From assembly GCA_022843855.1 (NCBI GenBank), contig JALHMV010000003.1, positions 6,560 to 70,559 of the forward strand: DNA of 64,000 nucleotides, read 5' to 3'. This DNA is from Patescibacteria group bacterium. GTDB taxonomy: Bacteria; Patescibacteriota; UBA1384; 2-12-FULL-50-11. Below the pieces are notes generated by a model. That model was not told where the DNA came from and made no database searches. It saw nothing but the letters and a program-made list of their open reading frames with translations. The position numbers and the translations under genes are program-made. Numbering within the stretch: position 1 is the stretch's first letter; each line of letters opens with the position of its first letter. Below are positions 54,301 through 58,990 of this stretch, piece after piece.

Positions 54301-57241
54301 GCGAAAAGTTACCGGCCGTCGCAAGAAGTTCGTAACCGAGATCCGCGAATCGCAGAAGGAATCGGTCGCTGCCGCCTTACAGCGAATGCAAAGCCGGGCA
54401 TTGATCCGGGCGGCATTCCCGCAGCACGTTTCGCCGATGTCGGCAAGCGAACAGCAGGTGCTCGACGATGTGACGATGATGTCGGTCTTTGACGAGGCGA
54501 AACTGCCCGACGAGATCCTGAAGGACATGGGTATCCTCGGCGCCGACATTCTGCTCGAAGGCCTCGCCCTGCCATCCGACAAGATGATCCGGCCGTTGAC
54601 GTTCGACGAGCAAATGATCGCCATGTACGGCGAGGACATCCGTCCGCATCTTGAAGACGTTCACCGCGAATCGCTTCGTCAGCGGGATGTGTGGATCAAG
54701 GAAAACCAGCGAAAGAAAGAGATCAAGGCCATCATTGACGAGCTCGGCGACCACCTGACCGAGGACGATATCGAGGCGATCATTCAGGCCCGTGCCGACG
54801 AACTCGAGCGCCGGGTGCTGATCACCAAGCTTCACCGTGTCCGGGCAGAGCGTGGGCAGAAGACCGAGGCCGTGACGACGATCGAGGGAGTCATTGCCCG
54901 CATCGCCAAGCCCGGCCAGGAAGCCGCCGTTGCGGCTGCGGTAGAGCTGATCCATCGCAAGCCGTCCGCGCAGGAATTCTACCGGCTGCTCGAAGCGATC
55001 GGGATCAAGAACAAGGATGCCCGCGAGGCTCTCCGCGAGGGCAAAGAGCTGCTCGATCAGGCCCGGCTTGTATTCAAACGCGAGGAGGAGGAGCGGAAGG
55101 ACGAGCTGCGGGACCGGATCAAGCAGGGCGACGAGGAGCTGCACCAGCTTGAGAAAGAGGTTGCGGCAAGCCGTGTCCGTGCCCGTGAATCGCAGGCCGA
55201 GATCGAGAAGGAGCTCAAGCGGATCGGTTCGGGCGAATTCATGTACCGCGTCTCGCAGGCACGAGAAGCGATAAACACGCCTCGGGCGATAATGGCATCG
55301 GCGGACCTTTCGTTCTTGCTTCGGCAGGGCGGTTGGTTCATGTTCGCCCGGCCGGAGGATCAGGGGCCGGCCTTCCTCGCGTTACTCAATGCGACAACGG
55401 AGCGGTTCAACCGGCTGGGCTACGAACGGACGATGGATGCGATGGAGGACAATCCATACTTCGAGCTGTCCGTTCAGGCGGGTATGGACTATGCCGGACT
55501 CGGCAAGCACGGCGAATTCTCGATCACGAAAGGCGAGGAAGAATTCCGCTCAAATATGCTCCGGCACATGGCGAATTGGAGCAAAGGGAAAAGCTTCCAC
55601 AAGTTCAATATCGCCCGCCTGCCGAACGCGATCATTCAGAAGTCGGACGAGCTGTACACCGCCTTCCTCGACGCTCAACGGCTTTCGACGTTCGCCCAGA
55701 CCGCCGAGTTGTGGGCTTCCCGCGGGATCACCTTCGAAACTCATCCAAAGGAGTACCGTGCGTTGGCGTCCTACATCAACGACGCGACCGGGCGGGCCGC
55801 GATACCGGAGCTGCTCGGCGGATCCAGAGCTGCCAGCCTGCTGATGAACCTGCCGCTGTTCGCTCCGCGGTTCACGCTCAGCCGGTTCAAGCTGCTCTGG
55901 AAATCGACGCTCGGCATGGCTTTCCTCCCACCGGAAACCCGGAGGATCGTCTTCCGCGATGCGCTCCGCTTCTACGGCACGACCGGGGCGTTGATGTCGC
56001 TGGCATGGCTCGGCGGGGCGACGATCGGTTTCGATTGGGACGATGCGGACTTCCTCAAGCTTAGATGGGGTCCGGAGGACAAAGACACGACGGACATGTT
56101 GATCGGTATGCAGCAATCGCTTCGCGTGACGATGCGGATCATCCAGGCATCGCTTCGCCGATTCGTCGGGCCCGAGTGGTCGAACGGGCTGATCCGCGAC
56201 AGCCTCTACCACGTCGACGACAATGGCCGCGTCCTGGTCAACGAGTTCCGGGCGGAAATGGGGCTCAACGTCGAAACGAGCATTTGGATGAACTTCCTTC
56301 GCACCAAGCTCGGGCCACCGGCCTCGCTCATGGTCGATTGGGTGCAGGATTCCAACGTGATCGGAGAAAAATTCCGATGGGACAAGGCGATCGTGTCCAG
56401 AGTAACGCCTCTCGGCCTCCAAGAGACGGTCGAGGCGGGCTACGACGGCGGCGTTGCGACCGCTCTGGCCGCGTTTGCTCACACAATGCTCGGCGTCGGG
56501 TACGGACACTATCAAAAGTCGCTCACAGGGCAGCGAACGGAAGCACAGAAGCTTGCTGCGAAGATCAATGGACTACGTTTCAGCTCAACGGTCGAAACCG
56601 AAGAGGCGAAAGCGGCCCGCGACGTCCTGAACGGGCTCCGCGATGCTGCCCGGCAGGGCGAGGATATCTCCGAGCAAGTGAAGGCAATGTACGAAGCCGG
56701 CGACCTGACCAAGCAAGAGGCTGAACGGCTTCTTCTTGGTGGTGAGGTCAACCCGCTCTTCCTGCAGATCCGCAATATGCCGGTCGGGCTCATCAAGGAG
56801 GTTCGCAAGATCGCGACGCCATCGGAAACGGAGATGATCGATACTCTGCTGGACTCCAAGCAGGCCCGCAAACAAAAGACCGATCGGCGACAATCGGCTG
56901 CCGAGGAGCTGTTCGGTAAAACGCCACTTATGCGCGGTGGCGTAACCGACGCCCCGACCAAGCCGCTCGCGGAGCGGATGAAGCGGGCAAGCGTCCGGGA
57001 CGCATTGATTCTGTATCAGGAGTACCAGGCACAGCTTTCCGACGAGCAAAAGGCGACGCTCCGCTCCGAACTACGCCGAAAACTCACGACGAGCAGCCGT
57101 CGCGGGACGCTGAGCGACGAAAATCGCGAAGCCGCGGAGAAGATCTTCGGCGGGGAATTGAACCTGCCTCGCCCTCGCCCACGACGGCGGAGCCCAAGCC
57201 GTTCACGGCAGCCGCTCCGCGGACTTGAAGGGGTATATTGA
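36386..57241 (+). CDS. giant polyvalent internal virion protein (DarB-like): lytic transglycosylase, DdrB/ParB-like, SF2 helicase, N6-adenine methyltransferase, duplicated unknown domain, degenerate zincin
   Basis: SLT: KHESG (36650), AIGFSQVMPSTA, DNIAIG. QPRDRD (40754) and GNGRT (40916). Helicase: GTGTGKT (46238), DEAH (46499), SATP, GISLHD, QKEGRIYR. MTase: DYYPTP (48152), LEPSAGHG, MNPPY (48419). Two related domains at 49442-51350 and 51389-52620. Confidence 0.92.
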   Translation: MERETDFSALDAFADDPESQQTQDFSALDAFADTPKAAKPKPRAQRPKRTASAPANKEAERRQRVLDRLRGLKLDMEDDVFDDFDMVTKHESGRRHFDDAGRVIRGVPTKSGERAIGFSQVMPSTAKKWQKHGLNPDDEIDNIAIGALEFRSGSDDPIGRRLAYVGGPKSRALKYYKKHGEVPDWKMYSYLPNNKETFRHYVDRTGGFKDLRRLDEVAGGITRDPVSGAPQVDFKVGGPTAPIAHRPEDIAAFDAKFRKGKPPRQPALQPGVEGAEDPNVDQFGKPFKYEWQKTGDVGNGLKYAGEIDGRYFAKNEDGDTYELDEKTKQFKPTAPTKRAYDAEGNEYQLDANQDNVPEGHVRRLRDGKPFVFSPDGTIREEGVPELPPWVAGKTPPKSELPPDPMLRKAYQTRLEQGFTDSEELRQKFIEGWAAVQAGKQQRIFTDEEIKQIEALELYAANNAQQGIVPQVQETPTRARRAPRSTTAGPSTEGIGTFYADVDPATAPLGSDPRQHVFEQAVRQLGNELYGRPLDKVEVQAAIEFQKRRGGDFVYLTEGGKATNVPTEPTKGRYQITAERAAEIRDFLKFNQPLLERTRDDAIAKFIASTFEIDDAKIAEFAEMGINADRLRAALESDPKFADARKKRLENEQFIKDYVAKQTTGANATADSAANQTGRVLEMLRSKDPAENRLGQQALENLSRRSPNIAYVEALANLGIVPRDVLDKAKEAEQSELINAIASLNDPSWYKRLLNDVQDGGTGFYEFVVGPFKRADRIKAAREQARPGKDGKPSNAGILLPMVYSAWEGPPELRGVNSPEAQKRRREAIGDSLRSMQAEFGSIGEFHKFMEANAGEEANIGRQLKFFGSNVLKNIASFGKSAAVIDSAAEDLEVLGIKVPKDYMPTVRNAMNVVVALRNVMASGSGVMRPSDILTRDIEGAQDDPRNARLWQYARWLEEFAGDDRYLQHTFSGEVNQGLASGVVFLGAGFALKKFKYAIPALGAGMEIGNTFEEMVKAGIPVEQAKNWAVLVGAGSGYMEKFGLGGTANRMLARLGTELSDESVKTLSRSMVEFAKAAGRGAAQGIAREMPEEAIQEWAQSSFVDAAVKAIAAQNPSEGRLILNFLDELPKAIAENFHSAVIGGATGGILGGGTQTVGSVIGEGIRQSRMPGEQPEAEAEIPEGELRTPQAAEDAGESAILEKFGDRTGQATVRGLDMGGRDTAALDDIANEVAPGTVQTPQQAATEPAGGVQTPEGTQTPPATPPTQPAGQAKPKTRLPRNVIGKEVEIEGKGTGRIVAIRQGKFVVDYDYRGRPGEEFYHRQDFFTPEQLAIGGTSLTEYKPPKAPKQTTSARQPTQFGAEDFGGEIIERVPQPGQAGQPAQPAGQPTTAEVVRKIRTGRAASGKGAAIQKFTPTEDMPIDTVYTSTNDKYDVVPVVISRDDIIGSWEEGYPELLQPRDRDSIASDAQADEIARNLIPAKLGDNVNAGDGRMLVVPVEVDGKIKYALITGNGRTLALDLARERYPERFEEYQGFAKSKDPSVQGDNLMYVGILDNTKLEDGDLRQIAVDANKSTVAAMSPVEQAKVDSETLDSSLMQKFVVNDAGDIDTAGNREFIADTRQDDDQDEALSDGERKHIDKLIEQGFTATTGRMTPNGQQWFLLDTKTGSQEQISRAGRDYAYEKLGTPDKQGLRSGPMFDEPIEMRGDTPSDDDLGKMFDDLVPEEDSAPSLFDAEVKAADADKARIARLPDDEFRKELDKISPEALDKHADRSNGGRDISFTTADSPATELSGRGRIIGEAISNNESVFKVRHYDQSKGEWLTAYVAEADVDEWLPDGTLNEFLAANPDSAITKVGLQNGPLPEPERTPETVKKALAQTKRQIKKLENADEVDENALAAAEQQLDSLEAELAAMATTTAPKPEDLKAKYPVGRKLLHRTGGKPWKVTGHQSDFGKSGQIGIRLERGTDRTIMSVADLEKKFKTEKPTESNRRTAEDLFSDTAATIGDLFDTLQTFEIDPDATAGQLEEIEKIKPQVNAIKGQSKAAKAQREPLRARIRELQAEITSYMDSQETAWVQFTEDVLQQLVKAAQQYKLLEQPTDENIHSLYDVIERLTDPRFFDGINMDVLLEDHVDDLLGEAFDTIQRIKRTFVTAPQTSDTTRALTADPENRSLTDTPEKRAAMSRAYLAAYAEDSEETWGGPMDWAAVDQLMTMPREEYGLVGVIERFMTDPAVAPILAELERSAGVSDAEIEILKDFGGIYGLDPDIIEDIIGEILEIARDRGETDGGAADTLPEPDGSGAPDSDQGSETSIFKEEPEGEVGNPDTSGLFAEQEKQEDEELSKEAEAERQAERERHRDFRNSVAAQVPALDDVLAFENPFYNAGKFPKKKGQGYASNEEALAAERAELERLTNRYNANLADLKNPEATEELDQYLWNSAPVNMKLVLTHIGWAKANINELEKALGNTPPFKAGKQKFDWYFPSKEEVRETDQADNAATPEAQPPSLEALRGAEQTDLFGLEADNTGLFAQDGPTAIEPKQAEDNSKAAIKESLLSKAETEARRQVIETFGEEIGELLYDTRNDKATPKASSAAQGIISRWSGEDTDSEAVQQLIADAATAIEWIREAELRGANLDEFVRQAAIGREGLTIAQRKIYDLIASNKFGRQADELLRNAKTASEVAANVAEIEGGLEDGKVTLQQLIDVYGYTHKWEQNKKLEPAFRGAYVIGRNDDFVYVEEVYAGEGDLPPMVDVVIEHVGEFSEFEAPGEYVVTEDDFYYYFGFDVRIPEGAKVYDDYFERDLEPDSEDGTDDVEVREDDVPTERTGDADSLRESDAKPPGQRIEPGSEQSLFGDSSALEGTPGDSNVREEAAERPDAVDRDAGRGDGVSQEGISDDQQAASDAGGEAVPRTEVDLGALFDELVPPAGEAPTTNLFGEQSRTEPVYLGNQKKVRKAIEAGHGFLAVAPSGLSRDEVAKSDIAIAAVGGAIKHLADRAAELGLTDNTHTIYQVSNENVWEYEIEANRSAESRGTTKKQRAAAKQTSIPRGSVPITKYRVYDANGVEQVGNIVDPAIAQRQLEHYPGGRIEAYDGYILKEFADKLTSAKESTGKGIDEAIKGLGKLFDPKKFKSSTVPAFDDETYQAAKPHFLEAYNHFKDAAQNIGDAMRLLIDQMRAEGYDNETLRLMKPYIVQFVADIRDGVIGQDLTTPEDIIDSVPEPESKDAAERLEQQKAAEGKSVKIGDLANIQATVPVLFKEQHEDVRFVEDALFVRDGNGVMLTNGTGTGKTFSGLGVVKRMAMQGKDNIFIVVPSQEIANAWISAATNFGLQVRQLADTQDNGAEGIVITTYANMQQNPSLIKRQWDLIVADEAHTLSSNKDGKPTGASKALRAMTLHKRGKMDYWRQATIKEVTEREQAEARIEVVRALLERYEDEGPQMADRAKEAREELRSLEDAVATLNKQIEKIGNAAVAEWDRRIADEPKGKALMLSATPFAYRKSVDYAEGYLFDYDDGKVPDDQLGRTRHYNEPNNQEAFMIEHFGYRMRYNKLTEPGPEVDTDIMERQFNTWLKQQRVLSGRMLGIDQDYSREFLLIKEGIGQKIDDGLKWLQEAEGGRFRPLAEIVNKSFSYHNRMFLLEAIKAKAAVPIIDAHVEAGRKVVVFHKFNVGGGFHPFKPKVPNEKTLISVGGKTIEVNLKDLYAEFTRKRPDLIALPFEGLESPIETFAESFKGGATSLQHVQLNGTQSKKANRESMAIFNTDNSEIDIILVQADKGQAGISLHDTTGKHQRVMIDLGLPSRPVEAIQKEGRIYRLGTKTNAPMFYFTTGTLWEATAFAQTMAERSSTAENLSLGEEARALRQSIIDSFLEPRTDPMPTELDGVGGKERDRAGQQAISEYERAKTFFFGQQKKTSKTKSAEGEDYYPTPEPLGLKMVEFADIAAGHSVLEPSAGHGAIARFLPQTSRNTVIEPSQELMTRLRLHIPPSDTNRFEQDVFESLDVRANKFDVVLMNPPYGKGGKTAMEHLAKAFEHLRTNGRVVAILPEGPAADKRLEQLMAGQTEKARKLIVRSDPNTFAPLSLYEGDTVQVTDKGTIYGVTRAETVRRGFEFIATLHGTDAQGSPMTMELRGSDRFDKVIAGPRIVPASTRVVKTAEISLPTKTFERAGTGVKTRMVVLDKLAGKELELHEPWGLLDLSDVRTFDELFDEFEELTIPPRPYGGEAARRAEQEAIEREAKFEAEREARAQQNASGRAAAIPHGQHAFDLREFQHTTQGHMIYVAKPTGPKMNKDEFKRISAIARTHGGYYSSFKKDGAIPGFHFRSPEARDAFNAEAEGDSTMLSIAEPAAAPAFYSAAERAIETKMPNRAPADQVRKILEGPGIKREEVEWLGVDEWLEGKRTVTKDEMLEFMRDARIQIEEKVLRKRERDERSPADRNSTDVDERHEAAREELAEMFDLDTWDIIPATVEATRQQLINDLLNRADQDDDLDEALTSVIGASSEEYWGIEEDDYEELEEAWDNLRMASREARGADGAMDEQDPATGALQYDNPDWRLSGPHSNYREFVFTLPQQYSMLRMKYRDELAAKYGSGEAVWQNWTEAEQAEFDRLTDIDLGNDANSPAFTTGHFGGMPNILFWVRATERIDADGKRVFVIEEIQSDWHQRGRKQGYNTKMPEPVFEWTTTEGVASGEWKAAISSPHGDIIGYGPTKERAAEAAKQSWRGKFSAIPDAPFKKSWHELAFKKMLRRAVEEGYDRVAWTTGKQQNKRWSLSKVVDEIESGIDHFDSNHPTRPDQEYLHITLRRDGGDLYLKVDPENGVVISAPDALLKTEGEHLSEVLPKAIADKILSEQYVLIEDIAEVEIGGEGMRGFYDKMVPGFVSKYVKKWGAKVGRTEIPTINDERSTLGGQRDRNELRKVADDFLTRNAIGIRELNDFVSTGRDISEADARAMSVDELTAYLLGTKYESLHSVDITPAMKQSVMDEGQPMFSIYEPARKEVRFYSGLERAVEGLKQEKFSVDQVMNVINKLPGIRAEELDHTLLDVFVQLQADLGARSITKDELLKKIRASKIVVEPLALGWDGDQDSAKFRGYAEPFPASREDYKEMFLTAPFAEGGWIDGHPEYADVKNPVVRIRMDKVTLDDGRRALMVHEVQGPDEDNMAKMPAVLQKYHKQMGLKYAMQYAIDQGLDAVAWTTGEQQLARYPIEKTVDRIEFSKNLSGQSLIRVTAKGDRDPIRITAGPHGTIINSSEDKFVDRKLTEVFPKALANQILEQTSGTIEGDGLKIGGDSLRNLYDKVIPAHMKKIYGRYAAKVENGEISYDPYLKLTDFRVEELELELVNPAPHLHRFKVTATDSATGLPAYRGTFLTREAAEQYIKEAKEVFRRKTHPVWTMGITDPLREALATDEQPMYSIEEENRKQAIKILKTLDIEDVVPMVEATRSGDRVKLNLPAMELLRRAFEQVDIEAGKRKVGDESTYPAFLGLFTDAAKLIKVEQALMAAAVNAAETGHPAADAMLSGLANDIADARKAGQQTAVFYVYDAKLPQEIFHQAVYLGSVEKHLTKRHARPAELDKMPQVRKAWDSFFSQQPEYSPERLRQTANMSKANAEALSKALVREEVAAWVAEGSWEELGLTKDEGQEYLFEFLESFADKVYADTKKEGKSDEDAERAVEAALRRFEEIEHVQEATQRVLAAARKEVDAGTDGRPDGRDTQGNAKGKPSGASGGVQEAPRPDAEQGAKPYDLEGFEPKTQSKVAGDASEIPETKQFPGVRSKTELASLPGTERAAGIAADDVIYTVFSDRAAQAAAKRMLTENSTEEVLKILKNTESPDVHHAIAAFSIQQSLREEATRIEATKPDEAAKLRRVSIDLGVHLAMKMVRAGRFIRAAGVILKTTDGLIAVAQKTYQDRHGVGNDLPADIIRRIEEKAGKAEVDLAEHEAFRRQMESLQRQLDALKQELAGSEDAIRTSRKVTGRRKKFVTEIRESQKESVAAALQRMQSRALIRAAFPQHVSPMSASEQQVLDDVTMMSVFDEAKLPDEILKDMGILGADILLEGLALPSDKMIRPLTFDEQMIAMYGEDIRPHLEDVHRESLRQRDVWIKENQRKKEIKAIIDELGDHLTEDDIEAIIQARADELERRVLITKLHRVRAERGQKTEAVTTIEGVIARIAKPGQEAAVAAAVELIHRKPSAQEFYRLLEAIGIKNKDAREALREGKELLDQARLVFKREEEERKDELRDRIKQGDEELHQLEKEVAASRVRARESQAEIEKELKRIGSGEFMYRVSQAREAINTPRAIMASADLSFLLRQGGWFMFARPEDQGPAFLALLNATTERFNRLGYERTMDAMEDNPYFELSVQAGMDYAGLGKHGEFSITKGEEEFRSNMLRHMANWSKGKSFHKFNIARLPNAIIQKSDELYTAFLDAQRLSTFAQTAELWASRGITFETHPKEYRALASYINDATGRAAIPELLGGSRAASLLMNLPLFAPRFTLSRFKLLWKSTLGMAFLPPETRRIVFRDALRFYGTTGALMSLAWLGGATIGFDWDDADFLKLRWGPEDKDTTDMLIGMQQSLRVTMRIIQASLRRFVGPEWSNGLIRDSLYHVDDNGRVLVNEFRAEMGLNVETSIWMNFLRTKLGPPASLMVDWVQDSNVIGEKFRWDKAIVSRVTPLGLQETVEAGYDGGVATALAAFAHTMLGVGYGHYQKSLTGQRTEAQKLAAKINGLRFSSTVETEEAKAARDVLNGLRDAARQGEDISEQVKAMYEAGDLTKQEAERLLLGGEVNPLFLQIRNMPVGLIKEVRKIATPSETEMIDTLLDSKQARKQKTDRRQSAAEELFGKTPLMRGGVTDAPTKPLAERMKRASVRDALILYQEYQAQLSDEQKATLRSELRRKLTTSSRRGTLSDENREAAEKIFGGELNLPRPRPRRRSPSRSRQPLRGLEGVY
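43173..43415 (+). CDS. overprinted +1-frame small protein (nested ORF A)
   Basis: GGAGG at 43163-67 then ATG 43173 (alternative ATG 43248); G/C-ending codons across MEELRTRFPNLTDQAHRIAIKAAK while the host frame becomes A/T-ending and disordered. Confidence 0.55.
   Translation: MDLTRTSSKTSSARSSKSPEIGEKRMEELRTRFPNLTDQAHRIAIKAAKRASSRKNRKAKSATPTRPASLPSKKSKKTKS
44743..44762 (+). promoter_or_regulatory. internal extended -10 promoter and SD for nested ORF B
   Basis: TG-T-TAGAAT (44743-51) after an AT-rich tract; GAAGGAG (44756-62). Confidence 0.55.
44772..45131 (+). CDS. overprinted +1-frame helical protein (nested ORF B, 119 aa)
   Basis: MMTISSEIWNRIARTEPMMSKFGKTMFRLSEPEMR...TLDEAMEYLRKESPMISKQQATLAEKLFRELK; SD, candidate promoter, and codon bias in this frame. 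Confidence 0.75.
   Translation: MMTISSEIWNRIARTEPMMSKFGKTMFRLSEPEMRIACERAMRSLRAKGLNPEVSRAFLEIAPLWKEHQAIAMYARKQPSVPMPSIETLDEAMEYLRKESPMISKQQATLAEKLFRELK
53442..53660 (+). CDS. overprinted +1-frame small protein (nested ORF C, 72 aa)
   Basis: GAGGAG at 53429-34 then ATG; SMLAQTADLMAEIRKEMPKASRAERLAEFKKRHDLML; codon bias switches to this frame. Confidence 0.65.
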   Translation: MSKKQPKEFSPQPEKRSMLAQTADLMAEIRKEMPKASRAERLAEFKKRHDLMLSKEQSPTTSKDSSPKPKAK

Positions 57242-57342
57242 CAAGGAACGGCTAAAGGTTTATTTTATAGCCAATTTGAAGCGGCCGTACGGCCCAAACC
57301 GGATGAAAGCTCCGCAACCTTACCAAGGTTGCGGAGCTTTTT
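57238..57342 (+). promoter_or_regulatory. late promoter + conserved leader + intrinsic terminator, copy 3
   Basis: TTGACA-17-TATTTT; leader TGAAGCGGCCGTACGGCCCAAACCGGATGA from 57277; hairpin AAAGCTCCGCAACCTT-ACC-AAGGTTGCGGAGCTTT followed by TT. Confidence 0.88.
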
Positions 57343-57366
57343 ACTTTTACCACCACGGAGTCACAG

Positions 57367-57693
57367 ATGCCAAACTCACGCACCGCAACCATTACGGCCG
57401 GATTTTCCGCCTCAGAATATAAACCACTTTTAACACTTCTCGGTTCATCGCTTGCCTCAAAGACACGCCGCTACCGCGACGTCAAGCTTGAGAACAAAGG
57501 CGACACTGACCTTTACATCGCCTCAATGCAGGCCGGATCAAGTCCGGCGACGCCGACCGCGGGCGACCGCAAGACGATCGAGGCAGGCGATGCCGAATTC
57601 CTCGGCGAGATCGAGACCGACCAGCTCTTTGTCCTGACCGCGAACGAAAGCGGCAACAACCAACTCGAGTTCGTCGGCGAACCGCAGAACTGA
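57367..57693 (+). CDS. small beta-rich hypothetical protein
   Basis: GGAG SD; VKLENKGDTDLYI...IEAGD pattern. Confidence 0.75.
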   Translation: MPNSRTATITAGFSASEYKPLLTLLGSSLASKTRRYRDVKLENKGDTDLYIASMQAGSSPATPTAGDRKTIEAGDAEFLGEIETDQLFVLTANESGNNQLEFVGEPQN

Positions 57694-58460
57694 TGATCAA
57701 GAAACACGACAATCAGGCGAACATCCTTGCGTGGCAGGGCTTTCTGAACACGCAGGGCGAGGCATTGCGTGCCGATGGCCGATGGGGGCCGCTGACCAAG
57801 GCGGCGACCGGCCGCTTTCAGATGAAGCACTCGCTGACGCCAGACGGCATTGTCGGCGAGGACACGCTTTCGGTTGCGATGCAGAATGGGTTTGAGGGGT
57901 TTGCGGCGCCGATCAAGCCGATAAGCCGGAAGGCCCTGATCTGTATCTCTGCCGGCCATACCAACACGGCAGGCCGCGACCAGGGCGTTGCCGCCAACGG
58001 GCTCATCGAAGGCCGCGAAGCGGTCAAGATCCGTGACCGCGTGGCCGACCTCGTCCGACAGAAAGGCTTTGCAGTGATCGAGGACGGAGCGGACGGCGTC
58101 AATGATCCGCTCTCAAAAGCGCTAGACCTCGTGCCGCTTGCCAAGTTCGCGATCGAATTCCATTTCAACGCGGGTCCGCCGACCGCCACCGGGATCGAAG
58201 TACTTTCGCTTCCGAACAACAGGCCTCGCTCGCAGGATATCGCTGGAGCTCTGGCGTCGTCGCTCGGGCTCAGGCTTCGCGGAGCGAATGGCTGGAAGTC
58301 CGACACCGAAGGGCAGCACTCGCGTCTCGCGTTCTGCCGGGCGGGCGGGCTGGTCGTCGAAACATGCTTTCTCACCAACACCGGGGATGTGGCCGCCTAT
58401 CAGGCGAACTTCGAGAAGATGTGCGTCGCCCTCGCCGACGCCATCGAACGATGTGTGTAA
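57693..58460 (+). CDS. endolysin: peptidoglycan-binding domain + N-acetylmuramoyl-L-alanine amidase (Amidase_3)
   Basis: DGRWGPLTKAA...FQ...LTPDGIVGEDT; ISAGH...DQG...E; EFHFNA; VVETCFLTN. Confidence 0.92.
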   Translation: MIKKHDNQANILAWQGFLNTQGEALRADGRWGPLTKAATGRFQMKHSLTPDGIVGEDTLSVAMQNGFEGFAAPIKPISRKALICISAGHTNTAGRDQGVAANGLIEGREAVKIRDRVADLVRQKGFAVIEDGADGVNDPLSKALDLVPLAKFAIEFHFNAGPPTATGIEVLSLPNNRPRSQDIAGALASSLGLRLRGANGWKSDTEGQHSRLAFCRAGGLVVETCFLTNTGDVAAYQANFEKMCVALADAIERCV

Positions 58461-58465
58461 CTACT

Positions 58466-58984
58466 ATGCAAACAAAAGAGATCGCAAAAATATGTCACGA
58501 GGCGAATCGGGCTTACTGCCAGATACTCGGTGACTCGTCACAGCTTCCGTGGGGCGACGCTCCGCAATGGCAGCGGGATTCGGCCATCAAGGGCGTCGAG
58601 TTCTGTCTTATGAACCCCGAAGCTCCGCCTTCAGCCAACCACGAATCGTGGCTCAAGCAGAAAGAGGAAGAGGGATGGAAGTATGGTCCGGTGAAAGACG
58701 CCGAAACGAAAGAACACCCATGCTTCGTGCCCTACGATGAGCTGCCGGCCGAACAGAAGGCAAAGGATTATTTGTTCAAGGCGGTCGTCGCCGGCCTCGC
58801 TCCGTTCGTAACCGAGTCCTACGGCGAACCGCAGGACGAGGAGCCGAAAGCCGAGGATGGAATTGCCGCGTCGACCATTGAGAACGGCACGCCCCTGACC
58901 GACGTCTTCCCCGAAGGGATCCTCGTCGGCGGTGTCGATGAAGCATTGCTCGACGGCGAAGGCAGCGAGGCGGCGGCAGCGTAA
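58466..58984 (+). CDS. RyR-domain protein with acidic tail
   Basis: IAKICHEANRAYC...HESWLKQKEEEGWKYGPVKDAETKEHPCFVPYDELPAEQKAKD. Confidence 0.88.
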   Translation: MQTKEIAKICHEANRAYCQILGDSSQLPWGDAPQWQRDSAIKGVEFCLMNPEAPPSANHESWLKQKEEEGWKYGPVKDAETKEHPCFVPYDELPAEQKAKDYLFKAVVAGLAPFVTESYGEPQDEEPKAEDGIAASTIENGTPLTDVFPEGILVGGVDEALLDGEGSEAAAA

Positions 58985-58990
58985 CAAGGT

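Noticed and set aside
6635-56961. Many long minus-strand ORFs (e.g. 6635-8368, 17109-18611, 36467-37780, 48323-49843, 50894-52117)
   Set aside because: They are antisense shadows of high-GC3 plus-strand genes, with no motifs, no SD and shadow-type composition.
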